From the NCBI GenBank assembly GCA_051362555.1, contig CM120640.1:58444788-58508787 (forward strand): 64,000 bases of DNA. Direction: 5' to 3'. Below are positions 49,901-62,913 of this stretch, in pieces. Every line of letters starts with the position of its first letter. Position 1 is the stretch's first letter. The translations under genes and the position numbers were made by a program. The stretch comes from Lingula anatina. Lineage: Eukaryota; Animalia; Brachiopoda. The notes under the pieces were generated by a model, which saw only the letters and a program-made list of their open reading frames with translations, had not been told where the DNA came from and did not search any database.

Positions 49901-52900
49901 TAAAAAAATCTCATTTCCAAAGATGCATTTCCTTGAGCGATGGAAAAAATCTCCTTTGTATTTTAAAGCAAGCACTATTGATTTCCTAGAAACAGCAACA
50001 CATTCCAACTAATGTAATAGTAACTGAAAGAAAAGCTGACATCAAGAAACTTATGTTGATAATCAATATTTGCACGATGCATTGCCTTTGTAAGTGTTAC
50101 TTTTAAGCCCAGGAGTATACTCGAACGGTCCATCAGTAAAGAGAGTGTGATCTAGTAATGTACAGAAGATACATTTTTGCCCCTGAGATATGAAATACTT
50201 TGAGTTAATTAAACATAATTAACAGGTTTTAGTTGTGTACTTAGCTATAGAAGAGAAAAGAAATGACAAAACATTTGCTCGCAGATCTGTAATATTTTAT
50301 AAGTAAATACTTGTTTGCCAAATAAGTCAACTATAACTTTTCATAATTTTGATTCATATATGTGTAAAGGAATATTTTCATATGTAATGTAAACATAACA
50401 AGGATGTATATGATTGATATTCGCTGCTGCTCTTCGTGCTGAGCTGTTTCATAAGTGCATATTTCCTTTAAGATAGGACATTGGCATAGGAATCCACTAA
50501 ATAGTTTGCCAGATATTTTGACATTTAACCCCCAGCCATGCTGTTTTTGGGGGCTTCTAATTGTTTCTTTATGATTTCAGCAACTCCATTCCTGTGTGAG
50601 AACGGGCAATCTTGAGACAACGCTGAGGTTACTGTCATTTGGAGCTAATCCAAACTACTTTCATCAGGTAACATTGAGCTGAAGTGCAGAGTATACATGT
50701 TTGTTAACTCATAGCTCTCAGTACTTGTATATGTGATTATCATTTGCACAGTTACATGTTATTTTCAAATAAGATAAAAACTTGACATTAACATGGTATA
50801 CTATAACACAGAATTACACAACATAACACAAACAATGGTAAAACTGTCATTTTGTTGTTTTTACACAATTTCCTTTGGTCTCCTGTTTGATAATGTCACA
50901 CTGATTTGAGCTTATTCTGTGATAGTGAAGCTGCAAAATAGTTAAATATGATTTTTAGTTGATTTCTAGTAGGAAGAGTTGCATTTTATATTATGAAGGT
51001 GATGTAGTGAAAAAATATCAAACGTCTTTTCATTTGACAAAGGTATTCCGATCATAAATTTTTACTTTGAGATTTTTCACGAGGATGAAGGCCAATGAGG
51101 AGACTGTCTGTTAGTAGGCATTAACAAAAATAAGACTGGACTTTTTTAATTTTGCATCCTAAAATTATGTTGAAAATTGTTTTAGGAGCGTGGTAATTGT
51201 CCCATTCATGTGGCTGCCCAGTCAGGCCAGGCAACTCAGGTGGAACTAGTGGTCATCTATGGTGCTGATCCAGGAGCAGTGGACAGTGGTGGAAAAACAG
51301 CTGCAGATTATGCAAAGTATGTGTTCTTCATAAGAGAAACATTTTCTAGGAAGCATTAACTGGTTTAAGAACTGGGAGCAGTTGTGGAAAGCTTGCACAT
51401 TTTGTAAAGATTATGTGTTTCTTTTGATATTATGTTATCAAGAGGACAAGATGTTCATTTAACACTCATTGTAAAACAACAATAGTTGTAGTTGTCAGTT
51501 GTCTTGGGAAACTTTACAAGGAACTGAGCAGCTGCTGATCCTTATAATCAAAAGATAAATACATACACAAACTAATTATTGCTGCCATCCACTCTGTGAC
51601 CATAGGTTGTATTTTATCTTGCCACTTCAGTGACAGAGGTGAGATTTGACGAAGAGTAAAATGATGGAAATGAATCGAATCAAGATCTCAGCTTGTTTCT
51701 GAATTAATGTTGATATGTTCTGGTATTTTCTGGTGTTTTTGTTTTCCATGTACATATGAAAATACTCGCAATTCAATCCATTTTCAGGGCTGAGGGCTAC
51801 ACGGATTTATCAAATCGAATAGTGGAACTTCAGTATGAACTTACAGACAGATTAGCTTATTATTTATGTGGTAGAAAACCAGGTAAAGCAGCTTTGTCCT
51901 ATAGTAAAAATAAGTCATCATAATGCCAGTTGTTAAACCAATTATGTGAATAATTATAGCAATGTTCATTTTATGTCTGGTATTTATGAATTAATGTTCT
52001 TTATACAGAAGTTTGACTAGATGGATATTTAAATCAAAGTAATAAGTCATTTAATCAAACATAAAAATTACAATTACATGGTGATGTCATTGTCTTTTAG
52101 CTATGGACTGGTTATCATTTTTAATGTATATGGAAACAACATTCACACATTTGTTTCTTTTGCTACAGATCATAAAATGGGACAGCATTTTATTATACCA
52201 GAAATGGCTGACAGGTAGGATTTTTTTCTACAAATATCAAACATTTCTCATTTAAGAGGTTTCTCTTTGTCTTTGTCAAGAGTCAACAACACATAGAATT
52301 AACTGTTGGGAGTGATTTAAGTTGGAATACAAAAAAGCAAAATGAGGATACAATAAAAATTTAAGTGGTAAAATATTCTCTTGATGCAAAATGCAAGATA
52401 TTTACTTCAATCTTTTGATTTTACAGTAGTTTAGATTTATCAGAATTAGCCAAAGCAGCCAAGAAACAATTACAAGGCGTAAGTATTATATTTACTTTGT
52501 CACGCCTAAACACACTTAAGATACTTCTAGTCATATTAATATGATATTATCTATGGGGGGAGGGGGGGGGAAGGTTTAATCTACAATACCCAGGCACAAG
52601 ATACTTTTGAACATCTGAAATCTGCAGTTCCATGTAACTTTTCTTTGTATACTCAACTAATTTTTATGACTTAAAATTCATTCACAAACGTATAATGCTT
52701 AGACAGCAGAGCATCTATTTTGGATTTATCTTATACATGTATTTCATTCCTTCAGTTACCTAACCATTTGTTTGAAGAATTGGCCATGGATGTATATGAT
52801 GAAGTGGACAGAAGAGAGAATGATAAAAGTAAGAAATATTGCTTTTAGACTCCAGGGCCCAAGACTGTTTCAGACTCTATATCTGAACAAGTATTAAAAG

Positions 52901-55900
52901 AACTAATAGAAGTCTCTCAACGTGAGAGTATTAAGAGAACTTACAGAACTCTGTCAATGTCATAGTATAAAAGAACTAATGGGATGCTCTCAACGTGAGA
53001 GTATAATAAGAACTCTGTGTGTGTGTTCCTCATAGCAAAATGGCTTTAGGATGAAATGAAAAATCTGTGAGAAATTTTCATCATTATAATCTCTATATAT
53101 AACACTTTTCTGTAATATTTCAGTATGGTTGGGCTCACAGAACCACAATGCTCTGGTCAGTGATAGACAAGCAGTTCCCTTCTTGCCAGTAAATCCAGAA
53201 TTTTCTTCAACGAGAAATCAGGTAATGCCTTAGATTATGCTATTAATGAGTAAATATGTGATTTTTTAGATTTTTTTTATTACATCTGTGAGCATTACAG
53301 TTGGTATCACTGGTGCTTGTAGAATATGGCAGTGTTAATATCCTGAAATTTGAAAAGTCGGCATGTTTTTGTTTTTTTAGTGAGAAAACCGGCTTAGAGA
53401 TGGAATTTGTTTTTATATTTTATTGTTATTTTAAAACAAAATGAATTAGACCTTTAATTGCCATTTATGTATTTATATAATGACTTCTGCCCCTGACCAG
53501 TTTCCTATACCTATACCTAACAGTACAGATAATGTACTGTTGATAATCCTTGTTTCAAAAAACTTTATTGTATGTAATTCATCAATCTTTCAGGGTCGGC
53601 AGAAGCTAGCCAGGTTTAATGCTAGAGAGTTTGCAACATTAATCATAGATGTCTTGAGTGATGCCAAAAGGCGGCAGCAAGGAATAACTAGTCCTGTACA
53701 TACACCACGTGATAGAGGTAGGAAGGACTTGTTTGACTGATGATATACAAAATATCAAGTATAAAAATTTGTGTAAATATGTGTTGCTTGAACTTTGATA
53801 ATTGTTTTTATTATCAAGATTAAAGCAATAATAACTCTTTGTTTCGGCCAAAAAATGAATTTTCCTGGAGTAAACAGCAATTTTCCCATACTTACCAATG
53901 GTTAATGAATCCATTTTTACATTCAAAGTTAGTCCCTGGTTTTTTTCTAAAAAGTTTGGTTTTTTGTTAAAATCTCTTAAGAGATTTTAACAGAGTATAG
54001 CCATCAATGGAGGTCACGTGGTCTAAAGACAAGTTCAGATATCAGAATAAAAGCTATAACTGCTGTTTTTGTGGTAAAACAGAATAAATTATATTTCTAT
54101 GAGTTATTCACAAGGTTTTTATTGTGAAATATAGATCTCATACGAAGAGTTATTATCCCTTTAAAAGGTGAAATGGCCTATTTAATTATTAGGTGATATG
54201 CCTTGAAGTGAATGTATTTCCATTTTGGTTAATTCTCTGTCAGTCTTACCAGTTGCAGTTTTGCATGCTTAAAAAGAAGATATTTGTTTAGATGAAGATT
54301 TAATGACAGTAATTGTTCAAATTTTATGTACATATATCATGGTTCTAAAGTAACTTTCATTAATTAGCGCACTTCATATAGTTGAAAATTTAAGCGAAGT
54401 TTTTATTTTACATTTTGTTTCTTCATGTCTATATTAAAGGAGAATGTCCATTTCTGGGGCTTGAAATGACTAAAAGGATCATTTGCAGTCATTTTCTTGT
54501 GGATTTTGATGACTTCAGGGGTTGATGTGAGAACAGGGGGTTATCAGCTGGGTATAACATCACTGGAGAAAGTGTAGATCTATGCCCATTGTAATAAGTG
54601 TTATAGCAGGGGTGTCATTGGACTTTGGCCTTCTGTGCAGTATACAGAGGTCTACTTTTGCATCTTCACTTTTCTTGTTAATCCCTGAAGTGAAAATTAT
54701 TGAAAATGACTGAAAGTTATCATTTAATTCATTTTTAGGACACAACAGCACATGCAATATGTTCTTAATTGCTTTTCCCTTGTGTGTGGTAAAAAGTTGG
54801 GCTCTACATAATTTGATATAGACTGGTGAAAATAACCTGTTAGTCTTTATAGACATAAAGACAGTATGAAAATTACTTCAGTTATGTCAAAATGCCAGTT
54901 AGGGTCTAATAAAACTCCACTTTTTGTCACACGGGACATAAGATTTAGGTTCTTTTCTTTGGTTAACTATTTTTCTCATTTACATTTAAAAAAAGGGGGG
55001 GGGCACTTAAGTTTAGATTTATAACCATTGGGGTTATTCTCCAGGTTAGCTTGCCACATGAAAAAACAGGTGTAGATGAAAGTAGACAGCCAAAAAAAGC
55101 AGTTTAAATATAATCAATAACAACATGTGCATAGCATAAATTCTGGCACCTGCTTTGCTGTCAATATGCTCAACCCTATGATTTGGGTTTAAGAGATGTT
55201 TTCTTTCTGTTAATTTAGCTTTAGAATTGATAAAGGTTATGGTCTCAGTATTTAGGGTTTTTCCATTGGTTATATCTTCTGAAGATAAACAGACAAGCAT
55301 TTATAATTTTGAGACACAAAATGGTCTTTTGGAGTTTTTTTTTTTTTTTTTTTTTTTTTTGAAAATTCAGTGAGTGAGTTGATATTTTGCTCTATTCAAA
55401 TGCACTTATCTACTTTAACAAACTCCAGTGGAAGCATCCTTTATGCCATTGTCCTGTTTCCCATTCCTAGACAGGCAATATTATCCCAACAGACTCTCTG
55501 ATTTCTCCTGACATTTCCTCTGTTGATTCAATCACAGATATATCAGCAGACCTTTAGGGTTCCCAAACCACAAAAGTGCAAAGGTCAGGCTAAATAATAG
55601 AAAAATGGGTGAGAGAAAGGTGTACAGTCATGAAGAAGCTCACTCTGGTTCATATTTTTCCAAAATCAACAGCATGGTGTTGTGTTTCAGAACAAGTAAG
55701 TCTCGCCAACAGTAGCACAAAAGAAAGTCGTGGTGTGCCCAAAACTAGCAGCTTTAGTGATGATGAGCCTGTCTATGATAGCGTGGCATCAGATGAAGAC
55801 TACAGCAGCATAGGAGGGGATGTGGCCAGTCTCAAGGATTCTGACATACAGAACACACAGAAAAAAGAAGGTGTATTGGAGGTAAGATAATGGCAGTTTT

Positions 55901-58900
55901 CTTCAGGCTTCAGTACATGGCTTTCCCTGTTTTGAAATCTATGAAGCTTTGTAGAGGCCATTTAGATATGAATGGAATGTTATGACTCATAAGGTCTCTA
56001 GGATTGATGTTGTTGGAAGTTTGACCTAAAATTAGTAATGAATTTGTTTGCAAATGCTGTTGCCTTTCCCAATTTATGCCATACTGGATTATATGTGAGT
56101 GTGTGTGAAATACAGTAACACTGAAAATGTAGCAAATTAAATACTTACAACACAATTCAAACTCACAGCAGAAATCTGATATGCAAAATTCCCATCTGTC
56201 CTGTTCTAAATTGAAGTGTGGGAGTTTGAGCATAGTGATGCATAGCCCTAAAAGAGGGACAAAGTCTAAACATTTCCTATAACATTTCTATATTCTAGAG
56301 AAGCATTTAAACTTGGCAAATTCTTGTAGTTGTGTCCATCTTTTGAGTGCATTAGTTAGGTTCTTATCACTCCACTACTTTTACTATAACTTTCTACTGT
56401 AAACACCTTTTTTATCTATCTCTTCCCTCCTTAGGATGCGTGCCGCAGTTCAGGCAGCCCAACTTCTATGATATCTTTCACGGAGGTGAGAAGGGAGAGA
56501 TCCAAGATGTAGATTGATATTTTTCATCTGTATGAGCATTATAAAAAATTATTTGTTTTAAGAAATGAATATTTGTTTGCTGAATATGAAGTGTGAAAAA
56601 CTGTTTTTATCACCATAGAAATTCAATTTTGATACATTTGGATTTTCAAAAATGACTCTTACAAAAAATCTGTATCTTGGGTGAATTTTGTGAGAGAAGC
56701 ACAGTGCATGTCATAGTTGTATGGAATGGTAGTGGGAAACCCCCAACCAGTGCAAAAGAAATAATGCTTTATGTGTTATACTAGGAACAACACTTACTTT
56801 GTACACATGGGTGCACGCACATACACATGCATGCACACAAAATCCTGCAAATGCTTTTAAAAATAGTTTACATTATTCATCTTAACAATCACTTGAGGAT
56901 GCAGAAGATTTCAGTTTGCTAATTTGTTCATGGCACAATCACTTCTCATTGACACCTCTAACACAATTCAACACTCCATTTTTGCTGTCAGTATAATTTT
57001 TTCTAGATATTGGTTGTCAAACATGAAGATCCCCCTTTCACCTTTGGTTGACCTTGAAAAATGAACATCGCATACTTTAAAGCGGGAATTCTAATAGTGA
57101 ATTTCAGATGATATTATATATATTCTCTAGCAAAATGTGAAAATTTTTGTTGATTTTCATAATGCTTACGGATTGCAGTCTGGACAGGAAACAGTTGTAA
57201 GATTTATGGATATTGTATTTTTTTTTTAAGATATTGTATTTGTTTGTACTACAGAATGCCACTGATACTGGAAAAAATGTCGGATTTAGTGTGGATGTTT
57301 AGACACCTGTGTTGTTTTTATTGTCTTTGTTTTATTATGTCTGAAAGAAAGTCATTTATTCACTCATTCATTTATGTAGTTGGTAGTAGTTTTTGTTTAC
57401 TTTTCATATTTGCCTCATTTATATACATAGATATTTGTTTGCTTGGCAGGAGCTGAAAAAAAGATATATAAGGGAAAAGAAGGGAGGGAGCATTTTTACA
57501 ACTAACTGCATTAGTTCTCCTTAACAAAGGCATAGAAGTGTGAAAGTAGCATTTGCTTTTAATTACATGACTGGTTATGTCTGTCTGTGCTAAAATACTT
57601 TATAGAAATTGTTTAAATAGGAAATATTGATATAGAAAATTGTTTAAATAGGAAATATTGATATCCCTTTTCGTATGCCTATTTAATAAATGTTTGAATT
57701 ATCTTTGACAGTAATTCTGGATATTGGTTCTTGCATTGATTAATTGCCTTTTGCCTACAGAACAATACTGGTGTTACTCTCTGTCACCCATTTAATTTGT
57801 ATCAGTTTGTTCTTGATTAAAGCCTGTACAAGTGAGACAAAACTAAGGTTTGTCAGCAGGAAACCATGTCATAAGTACCAAGAAATATAGATTTTTGAAT
57901 AAAAACCAGACAAATCAAAGTAAATATAGAAACCAACATAAAAAATAGGACCTGCTCAGCTATGGTTAAGGTTATAGTTGCATCTGGTAGTTAAAGAATA
58001 AAGAATGAGGAAAAAACATACAATTGGTTTCAGTCATAGACCTATTTTATTTCAGGCAGACAAAGTTGATTTGGTAAGTGTATTGGGACGTCTCCTCTGG
58101 TATTACTTACAAGGCACATAAAACATATATCACCAGTAACTGAACTTCTTCAGGGCTCTTATGGCCATAGCATAGCTGGAAATACAATACCTGTGATGTC
58201 TTAGTTATACCCTTTGTGATAATCTATTATAGGCAGGGTCCAGACAGCAAGAAAATTAAGAATGGTAAAATTGCATGTGAATTGTAGTTTGATGTAACTT
58301 GGGCAAGTTCTTGGAAAAAGAATAGTGTAATTGATGGTCTTTGGAGTCCCAACTTTTATACTCCACAATACACAGGATATTAAGACTATTATCCCACAAG
58401 GATGGATGGGCCTATTTATGACAGCAATTGTGTATTGATTAGTGACAAAACATGTACAGTGGTAGTCTGGTCTGGTTGGCTGTAGGTTAGTATTGAAGAA
58501 GCATCTCAACATTAGGTGTTGTCTGTTGTTGTTTGAAATTGTAACAAGAGGTAAGGGATCTACAGTGGACTCCATACAGTCATCACTCTTGTTCAGTCTT
58601 TTGAAGTCAAGATAGTGTAGTTTTTGACCGTTTTTTGTTTGTGGCCACTGGTCTTGCTTTTTACTTTGTATGTCTATGATCAAAAGGTTTGTATTTGCCT
58701 ATAATGTATACCCCAGCTATATGTGAACTGCTTGGTCAAATTTGTATTCCTAACTGTTGTAAGCATCGTAATGTCTGTAAGTATGTATATCTAGCCTTGC
58801 CTTCCTGCTTCCTGAGATGTAGCCTACCCCAAAGCTTCTTTGGTTCAGTAATTTTTTGTCAGATATAGATTCCCGCATGTGCAGCTTATTTGCATGAAAT

Positions 58901-61900
58901 GCATGTAAAAAGTGTGGAGGTATTTACATTAATACTTTTCCCTTGAGTATGTTTTTCTTCAAGGATACTCTTTTCGATATTCTTATTTAATAATATTGTC
59001 TGGACTGGTAAAACATGTTTTCTTACTCTTGATATTAGATTTTCTTTTGTATATAGTAATTCAGTATAACGGAAACTAATATACCTTTACCTAGCAATTT
59101 CTTTGGAATGCAGATAGTTGAACATATAGTCTGTTTTACCTACTATAATTATTGTATACAAATTACTGTAGCAACTGCCTGGACATGAGCAATCAGTGCA
59201 TGGCAGGTGTGCTGGGACTGTGAATGGTTTTAATTTAATTTCTTTGGGTTTGTGGACCTCCAGGCGGTGGTCATCATGTATTCCTTGCTTCTTGTTACAG
59301 AGCATGGCCTCCTCAGACCAGTCCGATGGCCCCATTACCTCCCAAGACTACCATGATCTGAAGCGGGCACTAGCACAGTCTGATTCTGTGGTCCATCAAC
59401 TTATGGCTAAAAATGCACAACTAGTGGAGGAGGTGAAAAGGCTTCATAGTGCAGTGAGTGTCGGGTCTTGTCTTAGTGCAGCACCAACCAAGGCTAGATA
59501 TGTAGCAGAAAGGCAGAAATTAGAGCTGTAGTTCGGTGCAGATTTAGGTCCTTCCGGAAGTTGACACCAGTGCTGCTAAATTTAGGCTCAAATTTTTGGT
59601 GTCTCCTAGTTGTTGATGTTGTGTTTGTTAGTGTTCCTTTACTCGTACCCACCAATGAGAACTGGGCACAGTGACAGAGAAATCAATACAAGTACTAACA
59701 TTAACTTGGTAACAAACTAATATTAAAAAGCCTACTGTTTGTTTATTTCAGATTATTTAATTCAACTTCTTTCATTTATTTATTTGTTTTATTAATATTA
59801 TTATTAATAAATTATATTATGTTTCCTCTTAAATTGTATTGATTTCTCTCTTGCGTGTGACCAGAAATATTTCACAAAAAAAAATTGCACAAACAGCTGG
59901 CCACAAAACCCAGACACAAAACCCATGAGTCTAGACATTCATTGCATGAAGAGCCAGCCAGAGGTGTGCATATGCAGTGTGCATTGCATTGGACACATAG
60001 GAATAGGGCATAGGCCAGAAATCTTTCTCTTTACAGGTACAAAGATTAACACAAGAGAATGCAACATTACAAGGTCAGCATGCCATGGGGAGCTCGCATG
60101 CTGTGGGAAGTGCACACATACTGAGTAGTCCACATGCGAGTGCTAGTGTACCGTCGTTATCCAATGGTTACGATAATGTATCATCCTTAAAACAACAGCA
60201 ACAATTACCCAGCACACAACCATCACCTACACAACCTGAGTTTGATACAGCTGTGCCCAGACGCCACATAGGGCAGTTGTCTAGACCGCAATCAATGTTT
60301 GAGCCAAGAAATCACCATAGGCTACCCTGGCAGAAAACTTATGTGAGTTGATTCTTTGTAAAAAAATAAAATAAAATAATAGAAGCCTCATAGCATGTGT
60401 GTGTTTAAGAATTCTGATAAGAAAAAAAATGATGTCAGCTTGCATTTAGCACAGATACATGACGCATATAATAAGCAATATGATTCATTTGTTTTATAAA
60501 TGATTGTTTTTCTTTTTTTATTCTAGACTCCTTTTAGAGATGACAATGCAATAGGAACAGGTTCACATAGGATATCAGAAGAATATTCTGTAAGCTGATT
60601 GTTTCTATATCATAACTGGCAGTAGTACATAATTTTTCTACTGTTACATTATGCAGTATTAGGTTGTTTTTTATTTGGTTGTTGTCAGTTCTTCAGTAAT
60701 AAGCAAGATTTTTAAGAGTCATTGTCTGAAATTCTATTTATTTATGTGTTATAGTTGAGAGCATACAATATATTGGCATTACTGTTTGTCTTTTAGCTGG
60801 ATGAACGGGAATCTCCTCCAAGACAATTCTCTAGGGAAGGCAATGCATCAGATTCAGATTATGATAATGCTAATAAGGAAACTGAAGATAGGTATGTAGA
60901 TTTTATTTCTTTATAAAGCTGAAGAAGATAATAATGCTTGTACACAATCAAGTTTGTCAAAATGTGGGCTTTCAGTTTTTCTAGCATGGTGTTTTTTACA
61001 GTATTCCAGCTCTTCGATAAAATCCTTGTAGGGGGCTGAGTACAATAGTGACAACTGCATACACCACTCAAATGCATATTTTTGTTTTTGAATTTTTTCC
61101 TCTATGTCTAGGGATTCTGAAGTCTACACTCTGTTCAACTGAGTGATCTTGTTTTACTGTAGAACAGAGTACTGCTCCAGGCAAAAAGAGTCCACTGTCA
61201 CCCCATCTTCAAGTTGGATCAGTGTTTTGTGGTTATATTTCAGGCAAAGAGAGTCCACTCTCACCCCATCTCCAGATGAAGCTGAGGGGGCAGTTGGACC
61301 TTGCACACAAGATGGCTACGAGATGCAGGAAGGTCTGCCCACACAAGAACAAGTAGTGAAAAAAACTGAGATTATTACAAAGAAAATCCAAGAGTTGCTA
61401 AAGAATGCACAAGAGGGAAACCATGAAAGGTGGGCTTTGGAAACCTTTTTCACACAAGGGCAGCATAGCTCCAAGAATCTTCAGTCCAGTTTTGTCTCAA
61501 ATGCATTTTATTAAAAATTTTAGGGGTTGTTTACCTTATTTTGTTCCTTTTGGAGGGAAGATAAAATTCTTAGTATCCCCGACTTTTTATTCACAGAGTT
61601 TACTATATCTCTATTTAGATATATAAATGCATTGTGGGTTAATATATGTGTGAGGTAGTTGTGGTGCGAACAGGCATATAATTAACTCAAGTCCATGTGA
61701 ATATAGTGGAACACATCACACGGAATATTATCTTGGCTTTTGAAGAAAACTGTTGGAACGATGTGTACAATATTGAATGAAAGTGAATGGTGAATTTTGA
61801 GTGTAAGCAGTTAGCATGTTTATTTGATATCAGACTGGAACATCATGGAATTGTCCATTTTATGGTGTCTGCTATTTTATTTGTTATTTTGACATATTAG

Positions 61901-62913
61901 AATACAAATTTGTTGTTTTATTTGTTTCAGTTATAGTCCCTGTGCTGACAAGATTCTCTCAGCTGTCAGTGAAATGACTGCAATTTTTCCTCAAGTAAGT
62001 GTTGTACACATTAGACCAGGAGTTGATGAAAAAACCTTTGAAGTAATACTATGAAGAAAAGTACAGAGCTGTAGAGTTTCCAATAAACTTTGCTATTTCC
62101 TGACCGAAAAGGATTAATATTTTCACTCTGCTGTGTGCTTTTTTCCTTCTAATTTGTTAGATTTTCAAACTTGATTTATGCATTTGTATACTGTTACATT
62201 CAAAGTTGAGTGAAACGTATTCTAAATGCATTTGAAAATGCCCAATAGGTATGACAGTTATATCTAAACATCCTGCAAAGATATTTCTCTTTCCCAATTA
62301 ATACTTTAAAAGGGATGAAACACCTGGAATTAAAGTACCTGATGTATATATTTATATGGCAATCTGAATGTCTGGCAAGCAAATTAAAACTAAATTCTTG
62401 AATTAGAAATGGTATGGTAAAACAATCCAAGTGCATAGATGGGTCAAGAAATGAAACGAGAAGATTGCTTGTTTTTTTTTTCAAGGAAAATTAACTTTGA
62501 CGTGAAAATCACAAGTTGGATGCCTTTAAAGTTTCAAAGTCCTTCATTGGATTTTATGAAAGTAGCACCTTTTTCTTTCACACTTTATAAACTGTTTGAT
62601 CTAAGCTGTGTTGTACATGTTGAAGCAATATTAACAGCACATGTCATAGTATATTGATTTTGAGTAGTTATCACATGCCAAAAATAATATTTTACAATTC
62701 ATTTTCCAGAATGTCAATTCTGACTGTATTGGACAGGCTTTACAGCAGCTGGGAGGAGGAGCAGATAGACTGTGCCATGAATGTAAAAGTCTGCCAATCA
62801 AAGGGGAGGATGGACAATTAGACTATGCATCCAAAACCCCTCAAGTCATACAGTGTGCATTTGATATTGCCAAAGCAGCGAAACAACTAGTCACACTGTT
62901 TGAGAGGGCGTAA
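43913..62913 (+). CDS. GIT2: ARF GTPase-activating protein GIT (GIT1/GIT2 co-ortholog), ~790 aa without cassette exons
   Basis: Core exons: 43913-43970, 46384-46517, 48501-48613, 49442-49541, 50581-50667, 51186-51316, 51788-51882, 52169-52214, 52427-52478, 52756-52828, 53124-53221, 53594-53717, 55691-55881, 59301-59453, 60037-60342, 60527-60589, 60797-60891, 61244-61429, 61931-61994, 62710-62913 (TAA); 2373 nt, frame intact. Domains: ArfGAP zinc finger CSDC..CDECCSIHRSLGRHIS, ankyrin repeats, Spa2-homology repeats (LFEELAMDVYDEVDRRE; GRQKLARFNAREFATLIIDVLSDAKRRQ), YDSVASDED, coiled coil, SDYDN, and the paxillin-binding C-terminus VIQCAFDIAKAAKQLVTL. Confidence 0.96.
46602..47373. mobile_element. 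inverted-repeat-bounded element in GIT intron 2 carrying a copy of GIT exon 9
   Basis: 36-bp inverted repeats at 46602-46637 and 47338-47373 (32/36 match). The outer termini and TSD are not resolved; weak similarity extends towards ~46565 and ~47452. Confidence 0.65.
46671..46771 (+). pseudogene. duplicated pseudo-exon: copy of GIT intron-8 end plus exon 9
   Basis: 95/101 identical to 52378-52478 by manual alignment. TTA has become a TGA stop in the native frame, and the donor gtaagt is replaced by agtagc. Confidence 0.9.
52890..53016. repeat. ~37-bp minisatellite, about 3.4 units
   Basis: The unit agtat(t)aaaagaactaat...ctctcaacgtgag repeats contiguously in GIT intron 10. Confidence 0.8.
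56435..56485 (+). CDS. probable GIT cassette exon (DACRSSGSPTSMISFTE)
   Basis: Strong pyrimidine tract tcttccctccttag|GAT...GAG|gtgaga; 51 nt, phase 0-0, open in frame. Confidence 0.65.
57603..57663. repeat. ~30-bp direct tandem duplication
   Basis: agaaa(a)ttgtttaaataggaaatattgata occurs twice in a row. Confidence 0.85.
58056..58073 (+). CDS. probable GIT microexon, 18 nt (ADKVDL)
   Basis: tattttatttcag|GCAGACAAAGTTGATTTG|gtaagt; consensus sites on both sides, phase 0-0. Confidence 0.6.

Noticed and set aside
52890-53016. ~37-bp repeats superficially like CRISPR direct repeats
   Set aside because: Units are contiguous and degenerate with no unique spacers, lie in a eukaryotic intron and have no cas genes; this is a minisatellite.
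58201-58683. 160-aa minus-strand ORF in a GIT intron
   Set aside because: No recognisable motif, non-ATG start and no supporting splice structure; treated as a chance ORF, though a degenerate repeat cannot be excluded.
58764-58776. 13-nt segment between aag and gtaagt as a GIT microexon
   Set aside because: Frame-shifting with a weak AAG acceptor, and no compensating exon was found.
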